From: Aestuariivita sp.
GTDB taxonomy: Bacteria; Pseudomonadota; Alphaproteobacteria; Rhodobacterales; Rhodobacteraceae
Assembly: GCA_965215385.1 (NCBI GenBank)
Contig: OZ244059.1
Location: 3,499,004 to 3,563,003 of the forward strand
Direction of reading: 5' to 3'
DNA length: 64,000 bases
Below the pieces are notes generated by a model. That model searched no databases. It had not been told where the DNA came from and saw only the letters and a program-made list of their open reading frames with translations. A program made the position numbers and the translations under genes. This document shows positions 10,057 to 21,024 of the stretch, one piece after another (the first letter of the stretch is position 1; every line of letters begins with the position of its first letter).

Positions 10057-10574
10057 TCAGGCCCTGGCCGCGGCCATCACCTCCTGCGGGGTGCGATACC
10101 CCAAGACCTGGCGTGGGCGCGTATTGAAAGCATCCGGCACGCGCTGTACCGCCGTCACCGCCCGGAAATCGGTGCCCTTCGGAAAATACCCGCGGATCAA
10201 GCCATTCGTATGCTCGTTCAAACCGCGTTCCCAAGACGCATAGGGACGGGCAAAAAAGAACGACGCGGATAAGGTTCGAGCCCTTGTTTCATGACGGGCA
10301 AATTCCTTGCCGTTGTCGGCGGTAACGGTGTGCACCGGATACGGTGCCAGTCGGGTGCTAATGGCCTCACCAACCGCCACCGCCGTTTTGCGACTAACCT
10401 TCTGGATTAACACGAGTTTCGACATCCGATCCACCAGCGTGATCAGCGCCCCGCGGTGCCCCTTGCCAATCACGGTATCCACCTCCCAGTCTTCAATCCG
10501 CGACTTGGCCGCAACGCACTCGGGGCGCTCGGAGATGTCCACCCGGTTCGGAATGCAGCCGCGCCCGCGGTTGT
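10057..10574 (-). pseudogene. IS30-family transposase, C-terminal fragment
   Basis: GRGCIPNRVDISERPECVAAKSRIEDWEVDTVIGKGH...NTRPRQVLGYRTPQEV is about 90 percent identical to the C-terminus of the intact copy at 48812..49768. Homology stops at about 10574. Confidence 0.85.
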
Positions 10575-11097
10575 GTGGCGGACCAACCCAGCCACCAGTC
10601 ACGCACCCCCACCTTGAAAGCTCCCGCCTGCCAGCCCAGCAACGCCACCCAACCGTCGTTCACCACCGCAACCTGGCGTCACGCCCGACCAAAGGTCCGG
10701 TCAAAGCCAAGATCGTGATGCGTTGCGACCAACCGATCCCACAAATGTTGCTCCGTCATCCCCCAAACCGGGCGGACGGTCATATCGCGGAGCGAAAATG
10801 GTGGCAGTTTCGAACCATCGTTTCTCATCATGCGAGACGCACAACACAACGACAATTTCGCTCCCAGTGAAAAATCATCAAACGACGATTATTGTTTCGA
10901 GCGGTAAATTGATCGCCGAACAGCGGCCAAGCGGGACGAAAATGACCGAAAACCCGCCATTATAACCCGAATCCAGCCGATGACGACGAAAATCATCCCG
11001 AAATCGCGACGACGACGTGACAAAACTTACGGCGGGATGACAACATATAGGGCGTCAGAAGGTCGCAATAAACAATATGCTCGACCTTGGCTTAGCC
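10575..11097 (-). mobile_element. Fragment of the DUF4338/ISAs1-type element (5-prime part)
   Basis: The nucleotide sequence is the reverse complement of about 59525..60052. Homology ends on both sides at sharp junctions, with the IS30 fragment on one side and unrelated DNA on the other. Confidence 0.7.
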
Positions 11098-11226
11098 CTC
11101 GGTGGCGGCGGTTCCGCGGATCCATTGGTCGGAACCTGGGGTGGTGGCGACGACGGTTGCTTGGGCTGAGGATTCATCGCGTTATACGGTCGCCCTTGTG
11201 ACGCGGGTCATTGACTGCTGCCGGAA

Positions 11227-12114
11227 GTGAGCGTGGCCGCGGTCACCCGTCAGTTCGGTTTAGGTTGGAAAGCGATTGATGGCGTCAAGCCGCGTGCTGT
11301 CCGGCGCGGGTTGGCCCGCCGTACCGAGACCTGTGCGACCGCTCGGTGTGTCGATGAGACCGCGTTCAAGAAGCACCACGATTATGTGACGCTGGTGTCC
11401 GATCCGGCCACAGGTGCGGTCATGCCTGTGGCCGCGGACCGAAAAGCGGCGAGTCTTGCCGCCTGGTACGAGAGTCTTGATGCCGCCGACCTCGCCGGGA
11501 TCAGGAGCGTGTCGATGGATATGTGGCCGGCGTTTATCACGGCGACGCGTCAGTTCGTTCCCGACGCCGACCAAAAGATCGCCTTTGATCGCTTTCACAT
11601 TGCCAAACACCTCGGCGCGGCGGTGGATAAGGTCCGCCGTAGTGAAAACAAGGCCTTGTGGCGGGAAGGCGATACCACTCTTAAAGGCAGCAAATACAAA
11701 TGGCTGCAGAATCCCGCCAACATGTCAAATCGTCAGCAGCAGGACTTCAAGTCACGGCGCGACAGTGCGCTCATGACCGCCCGCGCTTATGCCCTCAAGG
11801 AACTGGCACCGTCACGATGGAACTATGTCAGCCGCACGTTGGCGGAGCAAGGCTGGCAGCGATGGCTTAGCTAGGCCGTGCGATGCCGGCTGGCGCCAAT
11901 GGTCACCGCCGCGAAGATGATCAAACGCCCCCTAGGGGGCATCATCAACGCCATCGTCCTCAGGATCAGCAACGGCCCGGCCGAGAGCCTCAACAGCCGC
12001 TTCAAGTCGGTCAAGATTAAGGCATGTGGCTTTCGCAACAAGACCTGTTTCATCACCGACATCTACTTCCATCTCGGCGGCCTCGACCTCTATTCAAGCA
12101 CTTCGAGAATTTAA
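11227..12114 (+). pseudogene. ISL3-family transposase, N-terminally truncated, in-frame TAG
   Basis: ...DETAFKKHHDYVTLVSD..., SMDMWPAFI..., DRFHIAKHL... and then ...SNGPAESLNSRFKSVKIKACGFRN are ISL3 signatures. ORFs 11227..11874 and 11878..12114 are in the same frame, separated by TAG 11872..11874. Confidence 0.8.
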
Positions 12115-13052
12115 ACGATCCCACTACAACTAGGGAAGAACCGTTTTTCTGTACTTAAGTAAATTTATTGTGGCGCACGATGTCAAGACGTTTGAACACG
12201 GGGCACAAACCGCAAAAAAGGTATGATATGAGATCATCGGAGAACGGACGCAGGTCGGCAATCTGCAATACTAAAAATCGCACTCACAGTGGGGGAACTG
12301 TGACGCTTTGGCAATAGTAGGCTTGTAAGTGCGGCGATCAACGTGAGCAGTGTCGGTCCATTGTTCTTTGGTGTTGTGCCTGCCATTGCGCGTGAAAGGG
12401 AAGACAGTTCTTTCATCAATGATCCGGCTGGTCGAAACCGCACGCTTAGGTTGGCAGCGATCGTAGAGTGATGGTTGCGGAGCCGGCCGCCAGTCTAGTG
12501 CTGCCATTTTCGGATGGAATGCAAGGTGCTGAGGAGATTGCACTCGAAAAGGGGATAGTCGCATCTTATGGTTCCGCCGCGAGCGGCAGAATTGCTGCTT
12601 GATCTTGCATTCCACATCGTCGATAAGACTGAGGCAACAGCATCTGCGCTTGCAACGGTGCCATATTCGAACCCCTTTGCATAATGGGGTGAGACCAAAG
12701 GACCCGAAGGCATTAATCGATGCAAGAAAGCTTTGTTTGGAGCTGTACTAGCGGAGGGTATTACCGGTGTACAGGGGTGGTCAGCGGCAGCAGGCTGACG
12801 ATATGCCACCATCAGCGAGCAGAGCCGGGTATCCACAATATAGCCATATTGGTGGTAAACGGCCCTGTGAAACGTAATTAACTCGGATGAATGTGTTGAT
12901 TAGAATCTGAGCTCAAAAAATGGCAACGCGAGGCGACTGTCCGCCTGTGGTTTTAACATTCATTGCGTTATCGCTATAGTTATATTTGAGCAAATCTGAC
13001 GCTTATTTTCGCAGACGCGGAGCTACAAATTTGTTTGACAAGAGGTGAGTCA

Positions 13053-13487
13053 ATGCAAGTTCAGCAAATTCTTAGTTCAAAGGCCGATTCGACTGTCGTG
13101 ACTGTCAGGCCGGGGAGTTTGGTTTTAGATGCAGCGAAGTTGTTAGCAGAAAAAGGTATTGGAACCGTTGTTGTGTCAGAAGATGGAGTTTCCGCGATAG
13201 GAATTCTATCTGAGCGGGATGTCGTGCGCGAGTTGGCACGCACTGGTTCTGCCTGTCTCAATGTCAAAGTCGATGACGTGATGACCAAGCAACTCGTGAC
13301 GTGCGACTTGCATACCCCGGCTGAGAAGGTAATGCAGGATATGACGGGGGGACGCTTTCGCCATATGCCGGTTGTTGAGAACGGCCAAATGGTTGGATTG
13401 ATTACCTTGGGAGATGTCGTAAAGGCGCGACTGAGCGAACTTGAAATGGAGAAAGACTCGCTAGAAGGAATGATTATGGGCTTTTAG
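13053..13487 (+). CDS. CBS domain pair protein
   Basis: About 144 aa, with two CBS-like repeats (...GIGTVVVSEDG..., ...RHMPVVENGQMVGLITLGDVV). The ATG at 13053 is preceded by GAGGTG. Confidence 0.75.
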   Translation: MQVQQILSSKADSTVVTVRPGSLVLDAAKLLAEKGIGTVVVSEDGVSAIGILSERDVVRELARTGSACLNVKVDDVMTKQLVTCDLHTPAEKVMQDMTGGRFRHMPVVENGQMVGLITLGDVVKARLSELEMEKDSLEGMIMGF

Positions 13488-13544
13488 GAATCCATCTTCC
13501 ATCACGGCAATCTCATGCAACTCTCCTAGTGCAGGAATAAGACA

Positions 13545-14054
13545 GTGCTGATCGGTCTTTATCCGGGTACGTTTGATCCGATTACCCTTGGTCACTTCGA
13601 TATCATTCGACGGGCGACAGCCTTAGTCGATCGGTTAGTTATTGGCGTTGCAAACAACAAGGAAAAGAACCCGCTATTTTCGCAATCCGAACGGGTTGCC
13701 ATGATTACGGCGGAATGCAGTGAACTTGAGCACACGAACCGCACCAAAATCATGGTTCACCCGTTTGATAATCTCTTGATATCGTGCGCTCGGGAAGTCG
13801 AAGCAACACTAATAATCCGTGGATTACGGGCCGTGGCAGACTTTGAGTACGAATTTCAGATGGTTGGTATGAATCGAAGTCTGGACGCTTCGATCGAGAC
13901 TGTCTTCCTGATGGCGGAGGCACGACATCAAGCGATTGCGTCGCGATTGGTAAAGGAAATTGCGCGACTCAATGGCGATGTTTCGAATTTTGTAACCCCG
14001 TCTGTCCATGAGCAGTTGATGAAGCGGCTGCGGGCATCTACGGCGGCAAATTGA
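13545..14054 (+). CDS. coaD: Phosphopantetheine adenylyltransferase
   Basis: The GLYPGTFDPITLGHFDII nucleotidyltransferase motif is present and the 169-aa length fits. Confidence 0.9.
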   Translation: MLIGLYPGTFDPITLGHFDIIRRATALVDRLVIGVANNKEKNPLFSQSERVAMITAECSELEHTNRTKIMVHPFDNLLISCAREVEATLIIRGLRAVADFEYEFQMVGMNRSLDASIETVFLMAEARHQAIASRLVKEIARLNGDVSNFVTPSVHEQLMKRLRASTAAN

Positions 14055-14148
14055 CGCATTTTTCCGATTGGTCGGCCGTGTGCGGGACTTTCTCCGCGCC
14101 GTTGCTTTACCAATGTTGATTAAGACCAATGAGTTCGGCAATGTGCCC

Positions 14149-16167
14149 TCACGAGAGCAGCTTTTTTACCGCCGCAACAACGTTGTCCGCCGTGATTCCG
14201 AACTCCGTGAATAAAGTATCCGCGGGTGCGGAGGCACCAAATGCCGACATACCGATGAAGGCCGAGCACCCATCAGAGTTGGTGGGGTCGTTTAGCCACT
14301 GATCCCAACCCAATCGAACCCCCGCTTCTATTCCCACTCGGACCGGACCGCTCGGCAAGACAGTGTTGCGATAGGCTGCGTCTTGTTCAACAAATAATTC
14401 CCAACACGGCATAGAGACCACCCGCGTGGGAATATCTTGAGCACCCAAGATTTCTTGGGCCGAGAGCGCAACTGCGACCTCAGAACCAGTTGCGAGCAAT
14501 ATTGCCTTCAGTTCAGCGGTAGCATCGCGAAGAACATAGGCCCCCCTTTGAGATTGATTGTCGGGGTTGTAAGACGTACGGACTGGCAGGGTGGCTTGTC
14601 GAGTCAACGCCAGAATCGACGGGCGCGATGCGGACGATAAGGCAAGTTCCCAAGCTTCAAGTGTCTCTAAGGCGTCGGCAGGACGAAAAACCATTAGGTT
14701 TGGCGTGGCGCGAAGCATTGCCAAATGCTCAACGGGCTGATGCGTTGGGCCATCTTCACCGAGCCCGATAGAATCGTGGGTCAGAACGAAGATTGTTGGT
14801 GTCTGCATCAAGGCCGCCAAACGAATGGCGGGTCGTGCATAATCAGAAAAACACAAAAAGGTCCCGCCATAAGGCTTGAGGCCGCCGTGAAGTATCATGC
14901 CGTTCATGATTGCGGCCATGGCATGTTCTCGAATACCATAATACAAATAGCGGCCGCTTCGGTTGCCAGGTGAAAAGACGCTAAGGTCCGATGTCTTGGT
15001 ATTATTCGAGGCGGTTAAATCGGCAGAACCACCAAAAGTCTCTGGCATAATTGGATTAATTGCCGACAGAACCCGCTCGGAGCTACTGCGGGTGGCGGCC
15101 GCCGCGGGATTTGATGCCATCGTAGACTTGAGGTTTTGGAGTGTTACGGCAAATTTACTCGGGAGGGTGCCGACGAGGATCCGTTCGAATTCATCTTGTT
15201 GCTCTGGCGTGTGAGACGCGAGGCGATTGCACCAAGCTTGGTATTCATTCGCGCTGCGGTGGCCAATTTTCTCCCACTGCGCTTTTATTTCCGTGGGAAT
15301 CTCGAACGGTGCGGCCGTCCAGCCATAGGCAGCCTTTGCATCGTTCAGTTGCTGTTGGTCGGTGAGCGCTCCGTGACCAGTCGCGGTATCTTGGGCGGCA
15401 TGCCCGATCGCAATATGGGTGCGACAGGCGATCAAGGAAGGCTGTTTGGTGTCTCTCGCCGCGGCAATCGCTTGCGAGATTTCCTCTGGATTATGACCAT
15501 CAATCGTTTGGACATGCCATTGCGATGCCTTAAAGCGCTCAAGCTGATCGGTTTTGTCCGATAGCGAGACGGTGCCGTCAATCGTAATTTTATTATCGTC
15601 CCACAGCACGATCAATCTGGCCAATTCTTGATGTCCGGCCAGCGCAATAGCTTCTTGACTGACCCCCTCCATCAGGCATCCGTCGCCCGCAATCACATAG
15701 GTCCAGTGATCAACAAGCTCGCTGCCCCAATCTGAACGAAGTTTTTCTTCGGCAATCGCAAATCCAACCCCATTCGCTAACCCCTGACCCAGTGGGCCGG
15801 TCGTTGTCTCAATTCCAGGTGACAAAGTGCATTCGGGATGCCCTGCCGTTCGGGCACCTAATTGGCGAAAGTTCTTAATTTCCTGCAGTGTAATGTGCGG
15901 CGATCCTGTTAGATACAAAAGAGCATAAAGTAGCATTGAGCCGTGACCCGATGAGAGAATGAATCGGTCACGGTCCGGCCAGAGAGGCTCAGTGGCATAA
16001 AACTTGAGGTACTTTTCGAATAAAACAGTCGCGACGTCAGCCATACCCATGGGCATCCCCGAGTGGCCTGACTTGGCGGTCGCGATGGCGTCAAGTGTGA
16101 GCGCACGAATAGCCGACGCCCGATACCAGTGGTCGGGGTGGGTGCAACGAAGAATATCTAGATTCAA
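14149..16167 (-). CDS. tkt: Transketolase
   Basis: 672 aa, with ...SGHSGMPMGMADV... and the GDGCLMEGVSQEA thiamine-diphosphate motif. Confidence 0.92.
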   Translation of the reverse strand: MNLDILRCTHPDHWYRASAIRALTLDAIATAKSGHSGMPMGMADVATVLFEKYLKFYATEPLWPDRDRFILSSGHGSMLLYALLYLTGSPHITLQEIKNFRQLGARTAGHPECTLSPGIETTTGPLGQGLANGVGFAIAEEKLRSDWGSELVDHWTYVIAGDGCLMEGVSQEAIALAGHQELARLIVLWDDNKITIDGTVSLSDKTDQLERFKASQWHVQTIDGHNPEEISQAIAAARDTKQPSLIACRTHIAIGHAAQDTATGHGALTDQQQLNDAKAAYGWTAAPFEIPTEIKAQWEKIGHRSANEYQAWCNRLASHTPEQQDEFERILVGTLPSKFAVTLQNLKSTMASNPAAAATRSSSERVLSAINPIMPETFGGSADLTASNNTKTSDLSVFSPGNRSGRYLYYGIREHAMAAIMNGMILHGGLKPYGGTFLCFSDYARPAIRLAALMQTPTIFVLTHDSIGLGEDGPTHQPVEHLAMLRATPNLMVFRPADALETLEAWELALSSASRPSILALTRQATLPVRTSYNPDNQSQRGAYVLRDATAELKAILLATGSEVAVALSAQEILGAQDIPTRVVSMPCWELFVEQDAAYRNTVLPSGPVRVGIEAGVRLGWDQWLNDPTNSDGCSAFIGMSAFGASAPADTLFTEFGITADNVVAAVKKLLS

Positions 16168-17228
16168 AATTCTATTTCCAAGTTTTGTAATTCACAGCCA
16201 ATGACCGTCGATCAAGCGAGGGCCAACAAGTTCCAAAATCGAAGAACCAGTTGTGAGCAGATGATCGCAAGCAATGACTGCCTAGAAACAAAAATAGCGG
16301 TTATTCAACCAGTGCGATCACCATTCAGTACGGTCTTTAGAAACGAATGGCCGAATGCGGCAATGGCGATTATGGCTTGTGAGGCGGCCAAATTTGCTCA
16401 AATGTATGAAACCAATATTCATCGCATATCGGGTAAATCTCTCTATCTGACGTGCTAAAATCTCGACGCTGCTAGAAATCGGGATTTATGGTTCAGTGTA
16501 AGAACATGTCAAGAGATAGAAAGAGAGACGACCTGCCGATGTTCGTGCTTTGCAAGCACCCCATTCGAATTGATTACCATGATGACGGATTGAAGTCACG
16601 CAAGCATCCAAAGAGATTGCAGTTATCCGGCTGGAGGAATAAGAATTCTGCTGCTAGGGTAAATCGCGCCTAAGAATTTGGGCGTCAGGTGAGAAGAGCG
16701 CGTGATGGGATCAGTTGATGCGCTAGATGTCTATGAAAACCAAGAATTGAATGCCGTGAGCGGATATAGGAAAAAATAATCCGCCGAATCGCCGATCATC
16801 AGCTATAAGTAGGCCGTCTATTTGCTTCTGCGCAAAATTTCTTCAGGCGACAAGAGGCCGTTCTTGTGTCGAACAGCAAACGCCTCTAACTTGTCCAAAA
16901 CTTGTAGAACGGGTCATCTGTTGTGATCGACAATCGCAGTTTAGCACCAAGATTATTGATGGCGTTGCTATGGGGTTCTCAGGCTCGCGATATGGATTGA
17001 ATGCCTTCTGGTTAGCGTTTACGAAGCGGATGGCCTTGCAGTCGTCAAACAATCAATGCGGTGCATAATGATGTTGTTGTTGCTGAATTCCGGATCTTTG
17101 AGGTTGTGACAGTTGCGGTTTTGCTCAAGAAGAGTGGTGGCACTGCTCTCGTTGATCGCCGAACACGCTGTTTGCAAGGCAGTTGACATAAGCCAAATTC
17201 GATAGTGCTTGCAAGACAGGGTCAAAAA

Positions 17229-17717
17229 ATGGCGATGGAAAATACGGAAGAGCTCTTGAACCGAATTATTTCCGCGCTGGATCGGGTTCAGTCGCAAGTG
17301 GAGTCGGGAGTAGTATCCCAACGAACAAACGATCTTGACGTAATTTCACAACTGCAGGCTGAATTGGCGGCAGATAAAAAATTGAACGCCGAACTTAAAG
17401 CAACAGTGGCACAGTTACAAAAGTCTCCTGGCATAAAAGACACCCTTAGCGACACCAATGCTGAGCAGTTGAGTGTTGTTGAAGTCAATGCAGAGATCCA
17501 GAGATTGCGGCAATCGAATTTGCAGTTGCAGGAAATTGCGGCAAAGTTGCGCGAAGCTAATCAGGAGTTGGCTGGAAATTCGGAGTTGATAAACGCATCG
17601 TTGTCGGCAGAATTGGAAGCACTACGATCAGAGCGAGCAGCAGATGCTGCGCAACTAACGATAATCATTAATCAGCTTTGGCCACTATTGGCGGGCAATG
17701 AAGGTGACGCAGAATAG
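17229..17717 (+). CDS. Coiled-coil protein (DUF4164-like) upstream of zapA
   Basis: Heptad-rich and Q/E/L-rich. It sits immediately upstream of zapA, as commonly seen in alphaproteobacteria. Start chosen at the ATG inside ORF 17205..17717. Confidence 0.55.
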   Translation: MAMENTEELLNRIISALDRVQSQVESGVVSQRTNDLDVISQLQAELAADKKLNAELKATVAQLQKSPGIKDTLSDTNAEQLSVVEVNAEIQRLRQSNLQLQEIAAKLREANQELAGNSELINASLSAELEALRSERAADAAQLTIIINQLWPLLAGNEGDAE

Positions 17718-17725
17718 GAATTATT

Positions 17726-18136
17726 ATGCCGCAGGTGACGATTAACGTTGGTGGTCGCGATTTCAAAATCAATTGTGGCGAAGGCGAGGAGGAGGGCCTT
17801 CAGACAGCTGCAAAACGATTAGATAGCGAAATCAAACTGTTATCAGATGGCAATACCAACCCTTTGGGCAGCAGTGTGGTATTGATGGCGGGACTCGTTT
17901 TAGCAGATCGTCTGCAACAGGAAGAAAAAGCCCGTGAGGTTGAGCGGTCGACCCGCACCGAGCGCGAATTAGAAATTAAGCGCCTCAAAGCGGCAGCCGC
18001 GCACAAACCCGCCGCCAAAGAACGAGTGCTGCTTTTAGAAAACTTTAATGAGACATTGGCCGAGATTGCAGCGCGCACCGAATCGCTCGCGGCGTCTATA
18101 GAAAAGACAACATCTAGCACCGGTTCTGAGAATTGA
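17726..18136 (+). CDS. zapA: Cell division protein ZapA
   Basis: 136 aa. The N-terminus MPQVTINVGGRDFKINCGEGEEE...AAKRLD resembles ZapA, the tail is coiled-coil, and the genomic context fits. Confidence 0.7.
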   Translation: MPQVTINVGGRDFKINCGEGEEEGLQTAAKRLDSEIKLLSDGNTNPLGSSVVLMAGLVLADRLQQEEKAREVERSTRTERELEIKRLKAAAAHKPAAKERVLLLENFNETLAEIAARTESLAASIEKTTSSTGSEN

Positions 18137-18643
18137 AATGAGTTCTTGGTAAAGGTGCTGGGCAGACAAGAAAAAATGTCCTTGATGTTGGGCTGCAAAA
18201 TTTACCTTGCAAGACAAGGCGAAGTTCCGCGCCGCGCGAAATGTGCGGAAATTGATCAAGTTAACCAAAAGAAATGACGAGCCCGCAGCCATACCGATAC
18301 GACGCTCCACTTGGCAGAACTAAGTTGCGGATGCGAGGCCCGATCAAGAGCGTTGCCGAACCCCACTCTGGTCAATTATTGGTGCGGCTCTATACTTTTT
18401 CTCATTACGAGGATTGCAGATAGTGTGCGGGTGTGCGGGTTTGGACGGTTTACGTGGCACCGTCGTTTCGCGGTTCGACGATAATGACAGTAACCGTAGA
18501 CAGGGTCGGGGTCGTCGTATGACAATGCGGTTTTGCTCGCATAAGGTTGACTCGCGTTGGCAACTGTTGACGGCGGTGCCAATGCCGACGCTGATGTGAC
18601 GCTTGGAGCTGAGATTAACAAGATCGCGCGTAGATCAAAGAGT

Positions 18644-20056
18644 ATGGTTGCAATGAAGGCCCTTTCTGATTTGCCGAGCCCCAAAGAGTTGCCCCTGTTG
18701 GGACATATGCACAAAATCCGTTTTGTGCGTTTGCACCAAATTTTTGAAGAGTGGGCTGATGAGCTTGGCCCAATTTATCGGATAAAGGTCGGCCCGCGTG
18801 TAATGTGCGTGATTTCTGATCGCGAGTTGTTTCAACAAATTCTTCGTCAGCGCCCAACGAAGTTCCAAAGACTCACGCAGTTGTCATTGGTCGCCGCGGA
18901 GATGCATTTAGACGGCGTGTTTGCGGCTAATGGGGAAGATTGGAAGCGACAACGTCGAATTGTGGACGAGGCCCTCAATCGCGCCAAGCTCGAAGATTTT
19001 TTTCCAAAATTAGTGGTTTATGTCCGCCGTTTGCAATCGCGTTGGCAGCGAGCGGCGCAGCAGTCCGAGGTTGTGAATGTTACCGAAGATTTGATGCGAT
19101 TTACCGTCGATGTGACAATGCGACTTGCGTTTGACCTAGATGCCAATACCCTTGAGACCCCGGGTCCAACCATTCAGCGTCACCTCGACAAAGTTTTTCC
19201 CATACTCCTGCGGCGAATTAATGCGCCATTTCCGTGGTGGCGATATTTTCGGCTGCCAGCTGACCGTTCCTTAGATCGGGCTTTGGTGGCACTGGAGAGT
19301 GAAGTTGCTGAAATTGTCAACCACGCCCGAAAGCGGATGGCGGAAGATCCGAATAGATTTGTACAGCCAACGAATTTTTTGGAAGCGCTCCTCGCAGCCG
19401 TACACGATGAAGCATCGGGGTTTTCAGAAGCTGAGATTTTTGCGAATGTGAGCAATATATTGCTGGCTGGTGAAGATACGACAGCCAATAGTATCGCGTG
19501 GGCAATTTATTTTGGCTTAAAATATCCGGAAGCATTCTTGCGCCTGCGAGAAGAAGTGGGAGATCTTTTGGGTACCAACGATTCGTTGTCGCGTTTTGAT
19601 CAAGTGGCAAAGATGCCGCTCCTTGACGCCTTTTGCAATGAGTCGATGCGATTGAAGCCGGTTGCACCATTGCACACTGTGGAACCCGTAGAAGATATTG
19701 ATTTGTTGGGATATCGGATTCCGAAAGCGACTCCGATTTTCGTGCTGGCGCGACATATTGCGGTCAGTGAGGATAGTTTTGCTGACAGTAAAAAGTTTGA
19801 TTTGTCGCGTTGGCTGAAGGCGCCGAGCGAACGGACTGGTAGCCACAATCGGCGGGCATTTGTACCGTTCGGGGGCGGGCCGCGGGTATGTCCGGGACGT
19901 AGTTTAGCAATGTTACAGTTCCGTGCCGTCCTCGCCATGATCTGTCAAAACTTTCAACTAGAACTCGAAGGAGATATTGCCAATGTGCAGGAGCATCTGA
20001 CGTTCACACTGACTCCCCGCGATCTGCGAGTGCGCTTGAAAGCGCGACCGACATAA
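18644..20056 (+). CDS. Cytochrome P450
   Basis: The heme-thiolate loop FGGGPRVCPGRSLA and the I-helix LLAGEDTTANS are present. Start placed at the internal ATG of ORF 18557..20056. Confidence 0.85.
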   Translation: MVAMKALSDLPSPKELPLLGHMHKIRFVRLHQIFEEWADELGPIYRIKVGPRVMCVISDRELFQQILRQRPTKFQRLTQLSLVAAEMHLDGVFAANGEDWKRQRRIVDEALNRAKLEDFFPKLVVYVRRLQSRWQRAAQQSEVVNVTEDLMRFTVDVTMRLAFDLDANTLETPGPTIQRHLDKVFPILLRRINAPFPWWRYFRLPADRSLDRALVALESEVAEIVNHARKRMAEDPNRFVQPTNFLEALLAAVHDEASGFSEAEIFANVSNILLAGEDTTANSIAWAIYFGLKYPEAFLRLREEVGDLLGTNDSLSRFDQVAKMPLLDAFCNESMRLKPVAPLHTVEPVEDIDLLGYRIPKATPIFVLARHIAVSEDSFADSKKFDLSRWLKAPSERTGSHNRRAFVPFGGGPRVCPGRSLAMLQFRAVLAMICQNFQLELEGDIANVQEHLTFTLTPRDLRVRLKARPT

Positions 20057-20261
20057 CGTTCGCTGATGGTTTGTGTTTTGCCGCTAATCGGATTGGTTGC
20101 GTTCATCGATCAGCAATCCTCTCCGGGCGAGACATCGCTATTCTCGCAAAAGCTATTGCTTGCTATCAGCGACGAAATATGCTTGCGATTCGACCGGCAC
20201 CGCTATAAGAGCGCATCCAACTCCACTCGGTTTGACCTCCAACTCCTGCAGGTATGTAGAC

Positions 20262-20888
20262 ATGTTTGATCCCAGCGAAACGTTCAATAATCTTGTGCCT
20301 ATGGTCGTTGAGCAAACCAGTCGTGGCGAACGCGCCTACGACATTTTCTCGCGCCTCCTCAAAGAAAGAATCGTATTCGTCAATGGGCCGATACACGATG
20401 GTATGAGCCATCTTGTTGTCGCACAGTTGCTGCACCTTGAAGCGGAGAATCCAAAAAAAGAAATTTCGGTCTACGTCAACTCGCCAGGTGGAGTGGTGAC
20501 GAGTGGATTATCAATCTACGACACCATGCAGTACATTCGCCCTAAGGTCTCGACCCTGGTTGTTGGTCAAGCCGCATCAATGGGCTCGTTACTCCTCGTT
20601 GGGGGAGAGCCGGGTCTGCGATACTCTTTGCCAAATAGCCGAATTATGGTGCATCAACCCTCCGGTGGTTTTCAAGGACAGGCATCCGACATTATGATTC
20701 ATGCTGCGGAAACCCAAAAGCTAAAAGATCGTTTGCACGAAATATATGTCAAACATACGGGCCAAACAAAAAAGTCGGTAGAAAAAGCACTCGACCGTGA
20801 TAACTTCATGTCGCCAGCCGAAGCATTAGCTTGGGGACATATTGACAAAATTGTAACGAACCGGGCTGTGGAAGACGACAAGGCTTGA
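20262..20888 (+). CDS. clpP: ATP-dependent Clp protease proteolytic subunit
   Basis: [33 protein letters not shown]..., [11 protein letters not shown] (Ser) and MVHQPSGG (His). Start at the ATG at 20262 inside the longer ORF. Confidence 0.92.
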   Translation: MFDPSETFNNLVPMVVEQTSRGERAYDIFSRLLKERIVFVNGPIHDGMSHLVVAQLLHLEAENPKKEISVYVNSPGGVVTSGLSIYDTMQYIRPKVSTLVVGQAASMGSLLLVGGEPGLRYSLPNSRIMVHQPSGGFQGQASDIMIHAAETQKLKDRLHEIYVKHTGQTKKSVEKALDRDNFMSPAEALAWGHIDKIVTNRAVEDDKA

Positions 20889-21024
20889 ATTATGCGAAAA
20901 AAGCTGGAAAGAAGCGATGCTCTGCTCTCACCAAAGCGTGGTGGTCCGTCAATGCCCACTCGGAGTTGCTCGTAACAGAAACATCAGAAGATTTAGCGGG
21001 CTACAACAGAGGCGATAGAGAGTC

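Noticed and set aside
12130-12900. Overlapping minus-strand ORFs (69-114 aa) in the gap between the ISL3 remnant and the CBS gene.
   Set aside because: They have no recognisable motifs, mutually overlapping frames and no start-site context. This is probably a decayed remnant or an intergenic region.
16170-17228. Roughly 1-kb stretch between tkt and the zapA cluster with small ORFs (16201..16458, 16488..16673, 16843..17052, 17019..17321).
   Set aside because: None has a recognisable domain, ribosome-binding context or conservation I can judge. It is left unannotated rather than guessed.
18137-18340. Possible 6S RNA (ssrS) downstream of zapA, expected from the zapA-ssrS synteny known in many proteobacteria.
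   Set aside because: I see local hairpins (CCTTG-CAAGA-CAAGG; TTCCGC...GCGGAA). I could not build the long closing stem and central bubble from 5-prime and 3-prime arm complementarity. This needs an Rfam 6S covariance search before any call.
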